From Octopus vulgaris (lineage: Eukaryota), in assembly GCA_951406725.2 (NCBI GenBank), contig OX597818.1, forward strand, positions 59,086,001 to 59,150,000: 64,000 bases of DNA, in the 5' to 3' direction. The number at the start of each line of letters is the position of its first letter. The first letter of the stretch is position 1. This document shows, in pieces, positions 25,548 through 38,088 of the stretch. The notes below the pieces were generated by a model, which had not been told where the DNA came from, made no database searches, and saw only the letters and a list, made by a program, of their open reading frames with translations. The translations under genes and the position numbers were made by a program.

Positions 25548-25850
25548 GGTTCAGCTCTTGTTCGATCTTCTTACTGGTAAGATGTATATGGATTTCAGGT
25601 TATTATTCCTAACGTAGGTATCCACAGGTTTTCTGCTGTGTTTTAAGTGCTAAGGATCCTCCTCATAATCCTTGCTGTCGCTAAAAGACGAACGTTCTTT
25701 AGGTCCTCTACCGTGCATTCTATTTCAGTCTCCTTCAGCCAATTGTCTATGCCTTTGGCTACTGTTGCCAACGCACCAATTATTATAGACACGGCCTTTA
25801 CTGTTCCCATGTTCCAAAGTCTTCCTATTTCAAGTTTTAAGGCAATTATT
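25548..25850 (-). mobile_element. R4/Dong-type RLE C-terminus and 3' UTR in (AAT)n
   Basis: LKLEIGRLWNMGTVKAVSIIIGALATVAKG..WL...LLATARIMRRILST* followed by (AAT)n. Confidence 0.85.
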
Positions 25851-25857
25851 ATAAGTA

Positions 25858-25960
<103 letters not shown>

Positions 25961-27129
25961 AAAGAAGCATGCTGGCATAGAAAGAATACGAGAAAAGATA
26001 TGACAATCTAAGGAGAGCAATATAAGCTGGATGAAATTCTTTGGCGGTATTTTATCGGTTTTTTTAAAGTTCTGATTTCAGATTCCGGCAACGTTGAGTT
26101 TACCATTTATCCTTTCGGGGTTGATAAAGCAAGTGTCATTTGCGCCCTGATACAGATATAATCGATTAGCACACACACCCTTCCCGGAATTGCTAAAATG
26201 TGAAACCATTACTGTTATTATTAGTGTGAGTGTCAAGATGTGTCGCATTATTAATTTTATTATTATGATTATTATTATTGTTGTTGTTGTTGTTGTTGTC
26301 GTTGTTATTATTATTATATTGAGAAACCGAGAGAATCCTTAGAGCATAGAAAAAATTACGTTATACATCCATTCTGTTATCGTGATATGACAGTTTTTCA
26401 TTCTTTTTTTCTCTTCTCCATATCTGATTTTCTTCCTTCGATAATATGGTTAGTGTCTATGGGAGAAAAAACCATAAAATCTAGTGATTCTTATCCTTTA
26501 TCACAGCCTGTCATTCTATTATTACTCACATCATCACCATCATCGTCGTCGTCGTCTTCAACTTCCTCTTCGTACCCCACTCCCCATCATCGTGTGTTCA
26601 CCTTTTCACGATAAGAAACTTTCAAGAAAAACGCATTCTAAGTAATGCGAAATCGACGGAATAAGAAGAAACTTGGCAATTTCCATAGAGTCAAACATTC
26701 TGAACAGATTTCCCTGCATATTGCACTGTTGTAAATATGAAATTACTGTTACAAAAAAGTACAACGATGAAAGATTCTCATAAAGTAGGTTGTTAACTGT
26801 TTTTACTATTCATTCATATATTTGCGGCGCAGTCAGAAAATATGAAAAAAGACAAATTTTGAAGCTTCCGTAAAACAGAATATTACGAAATATGATAATG
26901 CCCCTCTGAGAGCATTTACAGATAGAATAAATTAAAATGGCTCCATGAAGAATTTCGTTAAGAATTTCCTCATTTTTATGATCTCATGTACTTTGTGAGA
27001 TGTATCTACATAAATATAAACCCTGAAAATATATCCCGCTTGCACAACAGAAGTATTTGACGCAGAATTATGCTTCAAACACAACAAAACAATATTGGTG
27101 AGTATTTATGGAAAAAGACATGGTAATAT

Positions 27130-27517
27130 GGATGGAATCACTCCGTCGGTTACGACGACGAGGGTTCCGGTTGATCCGATCAACGGAACAGCCTGCTCGT
27201 GAAATTAACGTGAAGTGGCTGAGCACTCCACAGACACGTGTACCCTTAACGTAGTTCTCGGGGATATTCAGCGTGACACAGAGAGTGACAAGGCCGGCCC
27301 TTTGAAATACAGGCACAACAGAAACAGGAAGTAAGAGTGAGAGAAAGTTGTGGTGAAAGAGTACAGCAGGGATCACCACCACCCCCTGCTGGAGCCTCGT
27401 GGAGCTTTTTAGGTGTTTTCGCTCAATAAACACTCACAAAGCCCGGTCTGGGAATCGAAACCGCGATCCTACGACCGCGAGTCCGCTGCCCTAACCACTG
27501 GGCCATTGCGCCTCCAC
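27130..27517 (-). mobile_element. SINE-B, full length, 12-bp TSD
   Basis: acatggtaatat at 27118-27129 and 27518-27529. Confidence 0.95.
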
Positions 27518-28219
27518 ACATGGTAATATAATCTGATTATGGAAACAAAATATGTGTACCGACTAACACACACATACACTCACAAACAAGCACTATGATA
27601 TGTCGTTTATTGTTGCGAGTTTCAATTAAAAAATTTTGAAATCTTTCGATCAAAGATACCAAGTGATAAATATTTTATTCTTTTGTGTGAGCGGTAAGTT
27701 ATTTCTCTGCGCTAGTTGAGCTCCGATATAATAGTTGAAATGGAGGAACAGAGTGATCTTATCGGAATTTCAGAAGGCTGATATGATATTCTAGGTGTAG
27801 ACGAAACTAAATGTGGAGGGCGGTTATAGTGGACTATTACAGTTACTGAACAAATGCAGTGTGACTAATGTGAAGAGGCTGCTTGAGTAAGGATTGTCGG
27901 CCTCTAGACAAAAGTAAATATTAGAGACTATGTTAAAAGAGAATGTATGTGTGTCTGTATGTATGAAGGAGATAATAGAATGCCCTTGTGTTAGAGGGTA
28001 AAATCAATCGGCGTGGTGGAGAGTGTCGCTGTCCGTGAGAGCAATCACCTCGCAGATAAAGGAGCAGTATTCCATTGTGGTGAGTGCAAAGAATTTCTTT
28101 CCACATTTAGGAGTTGGGACCCATTTCTTCAAGAAATCTGCTGTGAAACAGAGATGTAACAGATACACGCACACACACACACATACACACACACACACAC
28201 ACACGCAGACACACACACG

Positions 28220-28265
<46 letters not shown>

Positions 28266-28442
28266 CATAATAATTGAAATAATGAATAGAAATGACTTTT
28301 ATTGCACTTTAAGTTTTAGATGTCTTAAGTAATTAAACAGATATATCTAATTATCAAAGTGGAAAAATGATTAGAAAAATCATTACTATTAATGTTTTCA
28401 AATATTCAATACTGTAGCAAGGACTTTCTATTACTCATTATA

Positions 28443-28521
<79 letters not shown>

Positions 28522-28829
28522 AATTGATAAAGTCATCTGTATACAATGTTTTACCAAAAAGGGAAGTCATAAGTGTCATTTGTCATTAAATATGACTAAG
28601 GGTGTTCCAAACACATTGAGTGATAGAAAATAAAAGCTAAAAGGTTACAATGCTGCACTTAACGCACGTAATTGTATACATACAAACTAACAGTGACCGT
28701 AATCGTTCGGAAGTAGTGTTCAAGGTATAGCCATGCTGATCGCTCAATTCCGGATTTTTGTAATAGCCTCATACGTGGGTAGGGCTCAATTCGGCTGATT
28801 CCAGACAATGTTTATATATATTCAAAATG

Positions 28830-29025
28830 TGACCGCGTGTGAATCGTTGGCGATTTTTTTTCCGCCGTCTTCCCTTCCTTGGATCTTTCCTTTCTCTATG
28901 TTTCTGATGAAGATTTCCGCTCGAAACGTTAACTCCTCCTTCTTTCTTTCCTTTCCTGAGCGTCCAATAACACTATACTTGTTCCATGTCCACGCGTTAT
29001 TGTGTTTTCATGTTTGGATTAAGTA
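28830..29025 (+). mobile_element. Penelope-like fragment with a degenerate minimal hammerhead (28899-28933)
   Basis: tgttt-CTGATGA-a-gatttccgctc-GAAA-CGTT-aac; palindromic ACGT stem III; stems I and II partly disrupted; ends in (TA)n. Confidence 0.6.
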
Positions 29026-29037
29026 TATATATATATA

Positions 29038-30019
29038 TCTTATTATAAAAGGCAGATTTTATCTGCCTCCCTTTGTCTCTTATAGAAATCTACAATATAG
29101 GATTTCTTCAATTACAATTTACCTAGCATTTTTAAGAGTAGAATGCATCGGGTCGTGCCAGGTCCAGTTTTTAAAATTTCAACCCCAATTAAGCAAAATT
29201 TAGAGAAAACTTACATTGTGGTGTATAAGTCAAATGCTTTTCTTAGTGTGGGCTATAGCACACGCGCGCACACACACACAAAAAGGGAGCGATCTGATTC
29301 ACTCACGCTATCACTCTAATTTCTCCTCCTTTGTCTTTGCAAGTTTGCAACGATTAAAGTGAAAACAGTGAATCCGACAGCGATAAAGAAAATGAATTGG
29401 CACTTGAATGGAGTGAAAATTTAAAAACTGTTTCTTTCGGTGATTTTTCTGAAGAAACTGGACCAAGCCACAGACTTTCCCAGAAGAGTAAAGCCTTAGA
29501 CTATTTCTTTTTACTTTTTCGAATGAGCCTATTTGAAATCATTACGGCGGAAACGAACTGTTACGCTAAACGTAAACAAAGCGAAAGAAAGGATAGTTTC
29601 TTATTTCCCACAACCTTAAATGAAATTAAGGCCTATTTTGCCATAAATATTATTATGGGTATCAGAAAGTTACCCAGAATAACAAATTCTATCGTAAAAT
29701 TTTGTTGTATACCCAATTGAATATTAGCTAATAACCCATTTTCTATAGCGATGTTTGAACAAAATTTTAATAATTTTATATATTGTTGAATTTACCTGTA
29801 TCTACCTGCAATTAGAGTCACTTTGTGACAAAAATTATAGTACAGAATTGGTTGAGAACATTTCATTAAATTATCTTCCAAAATTCATGTTAATATATTG
29901 ATAAATAAAGAAGTTATAGTTGTTTAATGAAACCAGACTAAATTTATGATTACGTTAGAAATTAATTGAAACACATAAGGGGTGTATTTTGGTCAGAAAT
30001 ATAGTAACGAAAGGGTTAA
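29038..30019 (+). mobile_element. Helitron-like (H2) 5' end continuing into a piggyBac remnant
   Basis: Starts TC in (TA)n and matches 5600-5962; contains a piggyBac transposase fragment; ends agggTTAA at 30012-30019. Confidence 0.6.
29397..29700 (+). pseudogene. piggyBac (PGBD-like) transposase N-terminal fragment
   Basis: FSEETGP...ALDYFFLLF...LFEIITAETNCYAK...TTLNEIKAYFAINIIMGIRKLP, typical of the piggyBac N-terminal region; no DDD core follows. Confidence 0.85.
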
Positions 30020-30129
30020 GAAAAACCAAAAAATATTTTATTCTTTATAAATGTTGTGTTCAAAATAACATTTTCTTTTAAGAATGTGTATATATAACAA
30101 AGTATGTGTATATAACTACGTGGCTTATA

Positions 30130-30525
30130 TCTTTATATATAAGAGTGAAGTTGTGTGTCTGTCTCCTACGATTTAGATTCGTAACTACTCCCACATTTTG
30201 TGGTGCAGTGTAACCAAAACCGGGTAACTTATAGTCGTGATTCATATCGAGCCCTTCTGGGTATTAGCGCGCGTCTACGATGAGTCTACGGTTTAAAAAA
30301 AAATTACCATCATATTTTTCCATTTTAATGCATTTTTTCGCTATTATATAAGGGAAGTAACTCTCTAAAAATATCTACGATGTGTCAACGATTAAAAAAA
30401 AAATTACCTTAATTTTTTTTCCATTTTTAATGCATTTTTTTGCTCTTTTTTGGCTATAACTCTCTAAAAATGCTTATATAGTTATTTCCCTTACAAACCC
30501 GAGCAACGCCGGGCGATACTGCTAG
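30130..30525 (+). mobile_element. Non-autonomous Helitron H1
   Basis: 5' TC, 3' cccgagcaacgccggg hairpin and CTAG, A|T target. Confidence 0.92.
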
Positions 30526-30548
30526 TATATATATATACATACATACAT

Positions 30549-30640
<92 letters not shown>

Positions 30641-33187
30641 CTAAATGATAACACCAAGCATTGTTTAGCTATGAACAAAATTTAGGTTCGTCAAAATATT
30701 TTTGAGACATATTTGGACTGCTGAAAGGCAACGCTGAACAAGCTGGTTGTTTTCAAAACTTTTAATTCTAAGAGAGATATTTTCTGAACGGTAAGTGAGG
30801 TGAAGTTGCCTTTTAGCCGTTGAAATATGTCACAAACATATTTTAGCTATAACTGAGCTAAATTTTGCTTTTGTCCAAACACTACTTGACGATGACATAT
30901 CGTTAGGTCCCTTGACCGGGCAATCTGCCTGCGCTAATCAGTCAACGTTGCTGACTGGGCTTTACATAAAGCTATTGTATTACAAGTTTATTCAGAGTTA
31001 CCTTTCTTAGGTACATCCTATTGACAAGATTAATAAAACTCCAAACATCGATGTCTGGGATTCCTAGTAGATGGCAACAAGGAAAAAGCCGGGTGTTTTC
31101 ACAGCTTTTTATCATAAGAGACATTTTCTCCAGGATAAATGAAGTGAATTTGCATTTTAACAGTTTAAGTATGTCATAAACATTTTAACTAATCAAAATT
31201 TTGCTTCTATATATACAATCTATATCTATCTATCTATCTATCTGTCTGTCTGTCTGTCTGTCTATCTGTCTGTCTGTCTATGTGTGTGTGTGTGAATGGT
31301 TATAAGATTTAGTGGTGATTTAAACACCATATTTGCGTCTGACCTAATATTTTTGCTACTGAAGTTTTTTTTCAAATATTTCGGTTTGCGTGGCAGGTTG
31401 TGAGATAGTGTGGAATAAGTCTAGAATCCAAGACGCTACAAAAAAATCAATATCAAAGAAATAATTATAGGCTGACAGGAGGAAATTTGTTGCGACATCA
31501 ACATCGTAAAATATTATATTAACTTCAACGTGGATATTTATAAATGTTAGCGAAGACGTGTAAACTAGAATTCTACAGAATATACGTATAACGTATAATT
31601 AAAGACGAAAAAAAGTAAATGAAATTCTATTCAATTTCATGCTTCGCAGCCACTTAATATCCAGAAAATATCGAAGATGATACAATATTTAGAGAGAAGC
31701 AACAAGCGATTTTTACTATTATATTTGGTTCTTCATATTATGAGTTCGATTCCCAGATAGATCAGCGCTTGATTTGATGATCCTAGTTCGATGATCGATA
31801 GCCTAAGCAGTTAGCCCAATGCTAGGATTTGTTATATCGAATAATCCACTGTCGTTATTATAAGTCTTATGCTGAAATTCGAAAGAGAAGTAGGTCCGTA
31901 AACGACGCGCATTCTCTCCCGATGACCTTATACACTTGCCGGCTTCCGGTATGCGGAGTTTTTGACTGGTAGCACTTGCATGTGCAAGTTGTTTCCAAGA
32001 CATATTAGTATATATTTTTTCAGGCGGTGTGCTTGCTGCTCCGATATAGCACCGTCAAAATGCTTAGCTGCATTTCTTCCGACATTTTACATTTTGAGCC
32101 CAAATTTCGCCGAGGTCCACTTTGCTTTTCGAGGTCGATAAAAGAAGCACTGGTTTAGCACTGAAGTTCATATAATTGACTGGACACCCCCACTCTAAAA
32201 ATTGCCCGTGTTAAGTAAAAATTTAATCTCTAGCTTAATGGTTCCGCTTTCACTCTTACTCCGTGGTAACGAGAGCAAGTAATTTCTACATTAGGACTGG
32301 ACAAATTTTGAGAGTTGATTTTGTTGCCAGAAACTGAAAGAATCCCATCGTATATATTTATGTATATTTAAGTGTGTGTAAATGCGTTTCTCCCCCACCG
32401 CACTACTGCAACACAGCCGCTGCTGGTTTGTTTATACACCTATAGATTAGTGGTTCAGCCACAATGACCCATAGAATATATACCAGGCTTTAAAAGCTAC
32501 AAACTAATGCCGATTTGTTCGACTAAGCTCTTCATGCGGTATACCATGATGACTACAGTCCAATTACTGAAACCAGAAAAAAGATTAAAAAAACGTACTA
32601 TAAAATAATATAAATAATATATGTGTTTCAGCAAGTGAATATGGCTCTTCCATATTAACTGACTTAAAATGTATCATGTAAAAACATATCGCTGTATCAG
32701 AGAGCAATGACATTCAAACGAAGCAGGTCGAAGCTTTTCTACGCATTGAAACACACACACAAAAAAAATGTGCCTTCTTTAGGATTTCAATTCCAGGTAA
32801 TGATGTAAGATAACTGTAAAATTCTTTACACAAAGGCAGAATGTTGCACAACAGAAATGGCTTCCTTCATTTTTTACGCCATCCTTTTTTCAGTCCCTTT
32901 GTTTACAATGCTAATACTATACCTCGAATAATGTCGTTTCCAGTTACATTTGTTCGACTTTACGTTGCTTTTCAAATAAATTAATGGATGACATAACGTC
33001 AGTTTTGGTGAACATACTTTTAAAACAATTTTTTATAAAAAGGGGTTAGCTCAAATAAAATACATGTGAAAATATGCAAAAACCATATTTTAAATGTGTG
33101 GTTGTGATTATTGTGTATATAAATTCGTGTCATTTTTCCATAAACCACGCCATCCTTGTTAGCCATCGTTGTCCTAAACACCATACT

Positions 33188-33571
33188 GTGGAGGCGCAAT
33201 GGCCCAGTGGTTAGGGCAGCGGACTCGCGGTCATAGGATCGCGGTTTCGATTCCCAGACCGGGCGTTGTGAGTGTTTATTGAGCGAACACACCTAAAAAG
33301 CTCCACGGGCTCCAGCAGGGGATGGTGGTGATCCCTGCTGTACTATTTCACTACAACTTTCTCTCACTCTTACTTCCTGTTTCTGTTGTACCTGTATTTC
33401 AAGGGGCCGGCCTTGTCACTCTCTGTGTCACGCTGAATATCCCCGAGAACTACGTTAATGGTACACGTGTGTGTGGAGTGCTCAGCCGCTTGCACGTTAA
33501 TTTCACGAGCAGGCTGTTCCGTTGGTCGGATCAACCGGAACCCTCGTCGTCGTAACCGACGGAGTGCTTCC
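33188..33571 (+). mobile_element. SINE-B, full length, 12-bp TSD
   Basis: aaacaccatact at 33176-33187 and 33572-33583. Confidence 0.95.
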
Positions 33572-34187
33572 AAACACCATACTATGATGAAACGTTATTA
33601 AAAATATGAACCAATGGCAGCGATAGTATGCGTCAATAGGTTAAATTGCATGACAGCGTTACAATCTTACAAGAAATTTAAGGCACATCCAAGATAATGC
33701 TCTATGAATGAAGAACACCGTAATTACAAAGAGGCAAAATCTGTAGATTAAGATCATTTAATTATCAGAATCGGTACAGAAAATACTTGCTGATGTATGG
33801 TAATGCCTGACAAATAGAGGCGTGAACAGACCACAGTGAGAATCCAAACAATATCATCTCTATATTGTTATGTTGTAAATACCTTCTAGCAAGTTCGAAA
33901 GAGAGTATCTCATTGGGGATTATTTAACACCTCCCCCATGGAAGAGAGGTGTTTCTCCGATCTGTACCGCATGAACGGGAATCAGTTTCGCTATCACCTG
34001 CACGCCTCTCAGATTCTCTGTTTGTTGATACCTGTAAAAAAACCGCTTGCACACTTGCGAGAGTCAAATAACCGGACAGGATAACGTCAACAGAAACGAC
34101 ACATGGTTGAAATTCGATTCAGTCATGAAGACTCCTTACACTTGTGAATCGTCTGGGTAATTGAACACTTCGATTTACGGAAGATGC

Positions 34188-34559
34188 TGTAGTGATCCTA
34201 TATAACGGTGCGCGTTCGCGCACCGTCCATTTCTGTTTCGCGCGTGCGGGGTTGGTGCTTTCACCACCGGAAGAAGGACCATTTGCCTACGTGGCAGTTT
34301 AGCCGCGAGGCAAGGGGAGCGTAGGACGTTGACCACCAGCGTCCAGTAGGCAGGGACTTGAGACACAGCTATCGAAGGTACAAGACGTGTAGTTCTCTCT
34401 CTCTGTCCGGATTTGATAGCAGCAGTCAGGCTTTTCATAGAAGAAGACGCGCATTATCTTCATTTCCCCCTGACATTTGTTGCCGACCACATCATCTTCT
34501 CTCTCCGGACGCCATTTTTGACCAGTGTCGTTTGCATTTGAACATTGTCAACTCTTACA
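34188..34559 (+). mobile_element. GC/CpG-rich segment, possible solo LTR
   Basis: TGTA...TACA termini, tatataa near the start, agttctctctc tract; no clean TSD. Confidence 0.4.
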
Positions 34560-34844
34560 AGCGATAAAGTTCAGCTCTGACACATCCATACCAAAGGGAT
34601 ACCAGATACACCACTTATTTGTTACTGTCATAAGAGAATAAAGTAGATATATATTTTTTACGTCTGCGTCTTGTTGTTTCTGACTGGTAGAATCTGGATA
34701 TTAAAGCAACGGAAAGTGATTGCACCAACTGCACCCAAAAAGTGCAGAGAAGATATTCACTGCCGTTACAATGCTATTCTATAGCGAGTAACAACAACGA
34801 TCGGATATTCACTCGTGCATATATCTAACAGTGAATGAATAATA

Positions 34845-35695
34845 TATCCTTTTCTCTTCTAGACACAAGGCCTAAAATTGTGGAGAAGGGAGACAGTCGA
34901 TTAGATCGACTCTAATACGTAACTGGTACATACTTTATCGACCCCGAAAGGATGAAAAGCAAAATCGACCTCGACGAAATTTGAACTCAGAACGTAAAGA
35001 CAAACGAAATAACGCTAAACATTTTCCCAGCGTGTTAACGTTTCTTATATCTTTACTGCTCACAAGGGGCTACACACTGTGGGCACAAACAAGGACAGAC
35101 AAACGGATTAAGTCGATTATATCGACCTCAGTGCGTAATTGGCACATATTTAATCGACCCCGAAAGTATGAAAGGCAAAGTCGACGTCGGCGGAATTTGA
35201 ACTCAAAACGTAACGGCAGACGAAATATCTATTTCTTTACTACCCACAAGGGGCTAAACACAGAGACGACAAACAAGGACAGGCAAACGGACGAAGTCGA
35301 TTACATCGACCCCAGTGCGTAATTGGCACATATTTAATCGACCCCGAAAGTATGAAAGGCAAAGTCGACATCGGTTTAATTCGAACTCAGAACGTAGCGG
35401 CAGACGAAATACTGCTAAGCATTTCGTGCTACTGGTTAAACTATGAACTATGATACTATATATTTGTTTCTTTATTACCCACAAGGGGGATAAACATAGA
35501 GGGGACAAACAAGGACAGAAAAACGGATCAAGTCGATTACACCGATATCAGTGCGTAACTGGTACTTAATTTATCGACCCCGAAAGAATGAAAGGCAAAG
35601 TCAATCTCGGCGGAATTTGAACTCAGAACATAACGGTAGACGAAATACCACTAAGCATTTCGCCCGCCGTGCTAATGTTTCTGCCAGCTACCTCC
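34845..35695 (-). mobile_element. Cluster of SINE-A units (a multimer plus a separate copy)
   Basis: Repeated bodies; the copy at about 35465-35695 has a 24-bp TSD ctatgaactatgatactatatatt starting at 35441 and 35696. Confidence 0.88.
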
Positions 35696-36654
35696 CTATG
35701 AACTATGATACTATATATTGTTGCGGATATTGTTATTCGCTTTGAGTCATTTATATGGGATTCATATGTGGGGGGGGGGTATAAAACAGCAGAGGTCAAA
35801 GGAAATATGTGTTCATACGGATGTAAATCTCATAAACATTAACCACTCTTTAACCACGTGAATGAAGTAGCAATCTCATTAGCGCAGTCAATGAAACAAA
35901 CAGCATGTCCAATCAGTAACTGTAGACGCATCACAATCTCGTAAAGGAATCAAACTTACTACTTTCACTTTGATAACCACCACACATATTGAAATATTGA
36001 TTTGACATAGCTGCAGACATCACTCTAATAATTCTTTTATCTTTGATATTTTTTTTTTAATTCTGATTTATCGCTTTTGTGTACGGTTTAAAGGATTGAT
36101 GTATTTTTAATTAGTCTGCTTGAGTTAGGATTAAGTTATTAAAACAACCATTACAGGCAAGGAATCAAGCGGAAAGACTTGAAAAGAAAAATAGTTATAT
36201 TAACTGAAACAGGTTTTAATGTCGCCTTTAATCTGTGCAATAGAACGCTGTCAATGAATAATGTGTTCTTTTCATTGTAAATATTGCTAACGTTCAGTGT
36301 TATACATTGTCATTAAGTATGTACTGTAACTTATGGTAGCGGCGGAAATTGCGTGGATGTACTTTGTAATGAATCGATGATTAACTTTGTGTGTCAGTAG
36401 TACTAAACAGTAGATTTGGCGAGTATATTTGAAGAAAATATGTTTTGCCGTTAGCAATAACAATTTCTCTAGGTTCCGCCATTGCTAGTTACGGATAAAA
36501 TAAGAAAAAGAACTTTGCTAAACTACTTGTAGAATGCTGTCATCTCACTAAGAATTAGTTTTATACTTTCACTGCCCGATTTACATGTTGCATGGCAAGA
36601 GAATACAGATGGGGGTGGGGAATGAAAATATTTGAGAGATCTTTTCACTTTGAC

Positions 36655-37089
36655 CGGCAGATTTTTAAAATATTTTCTTTGTAACTAAACACTTTTAAAC
36701 TTCGTAAACCTAAACCTAACTCTAACCCTAACTCTAACCCTAAAACAGCTTGAAATGCAATAGATTGATGCTAGGGTCGTAATTATGGGAATGGTTTTGT
36801 TATCCAGCCCTGTATACGAGTGACCCCCTCAGTTTATGGCCACAGGGTTTCTTTTTTCTCATAAATGTCAGTGAAAAATTTGATATGACACCGCCAGAAA
36901 ATGTTGTTGACAAAATACGGCAGCAATTGCATTCACCTCAATAGACGTCATTGATTGGTTGAAATTGCCGAAATGCAAGAAATTAAACAACAAATAGCTT
37001 AAAAACTATAGAATTTTCTCAAGAAAGCCAAGCGAAAAAGATGTTTTGTGTAACACACTACCAGTATACGAAGTTTAAAAGTGTTTAGT
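36655..37089. mobile_element. TIR element with internal telomere-like (CCCTAA/CTCTAA) repeats
   Basis: actaaacacttttaaacttcgta / tacgaagtttaaaagtgtttagt inverted repeat; cctaaacctaactctaaccctaa tract. Confidence 0.7.
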
Positions 37090-37496
37090 CTAAGTGCGAC
37101 TTAGTCACAAATTACGACAACTACGAGTGTGAGTTACAACGAACTCCGAAAAGGTTTTACCTAGCACATTGCTGACCATAATACTGAATTCTTCCATAAT
37201 GTAACACACGAATTTATAAATTTATACAGAGTCACATGGTTATCCCATGTTGTCTAAGTTATTACTGTAAACCAATTTACATACGCGAATCATATTTTAT
37301 TGTTAAGAGTAAAATCAACATCAATTTCTGCTATAATTTGAAACAGAATTCAATTAAACAGGGATGGAAATCAACGAGGCAGGGTTTAAAATGTTGTTTG
37401 GCAATTTCGTTTTTTTCCCCCGTGATATTGATCGCTTATATCAATATGATCATATAAGAAAACATCGCCATTTGGGGAAGACTACAGCAGAGTATT

Positions 37497-38088
37497 ATTT
37501 ATTTATTACCCACAGGGGGATAAACATAGAGGGGACAAACAGGGACAGACAAATGGTTCAAGTCCACTACATCAACTCCAGTGCGTAACTGGGACTTCAT
37601 TTATCGAGGATGAAAGGCAAAGTCGACCTCGGCAGAATTTGAACTCAGAACGAAACGGGAGACGAAATACGTATTTCTTTACTACCCACAAGGGGCTAAA
37701 CACAGAGAGGACAAACAAGGACAGACAAACGGATCAAGTCGATTATATCGACTCCAGTGCGTAACTAGTACTTAATTTATCGACCCCGAAAAGATGAAAG
37801 GCAAAGTCGACCTCGGCAGAATTTGAACTCAGAACGTAACGCAAGACGAAATACCTATTTCTTTACTACCCACAAGATGCTAAACACAGAGAGGACAAAC
37901 AAGGACAGACAAAGGGATTAAGTCGAATATTTGGCCCCCAGTGCGTAACTGGGACTTAATTTATCGACCCCGAAAAGATGAAAGGCAAAATCGACCTCGG
38001 CGCAATTTGAACTCAGAACGTAACGGCAGAGGAAATACGGCTACGCATTTCGCCCGGCGTGTTAACGTTTCTGCCAGCTCGCCGCCTT
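37497..38088 (-). mobile_element. SINE-A trimer
   Basis: Head at the right end and three bodies joined at gacgaaatac(c)tatttc. Confidence 0.9.
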
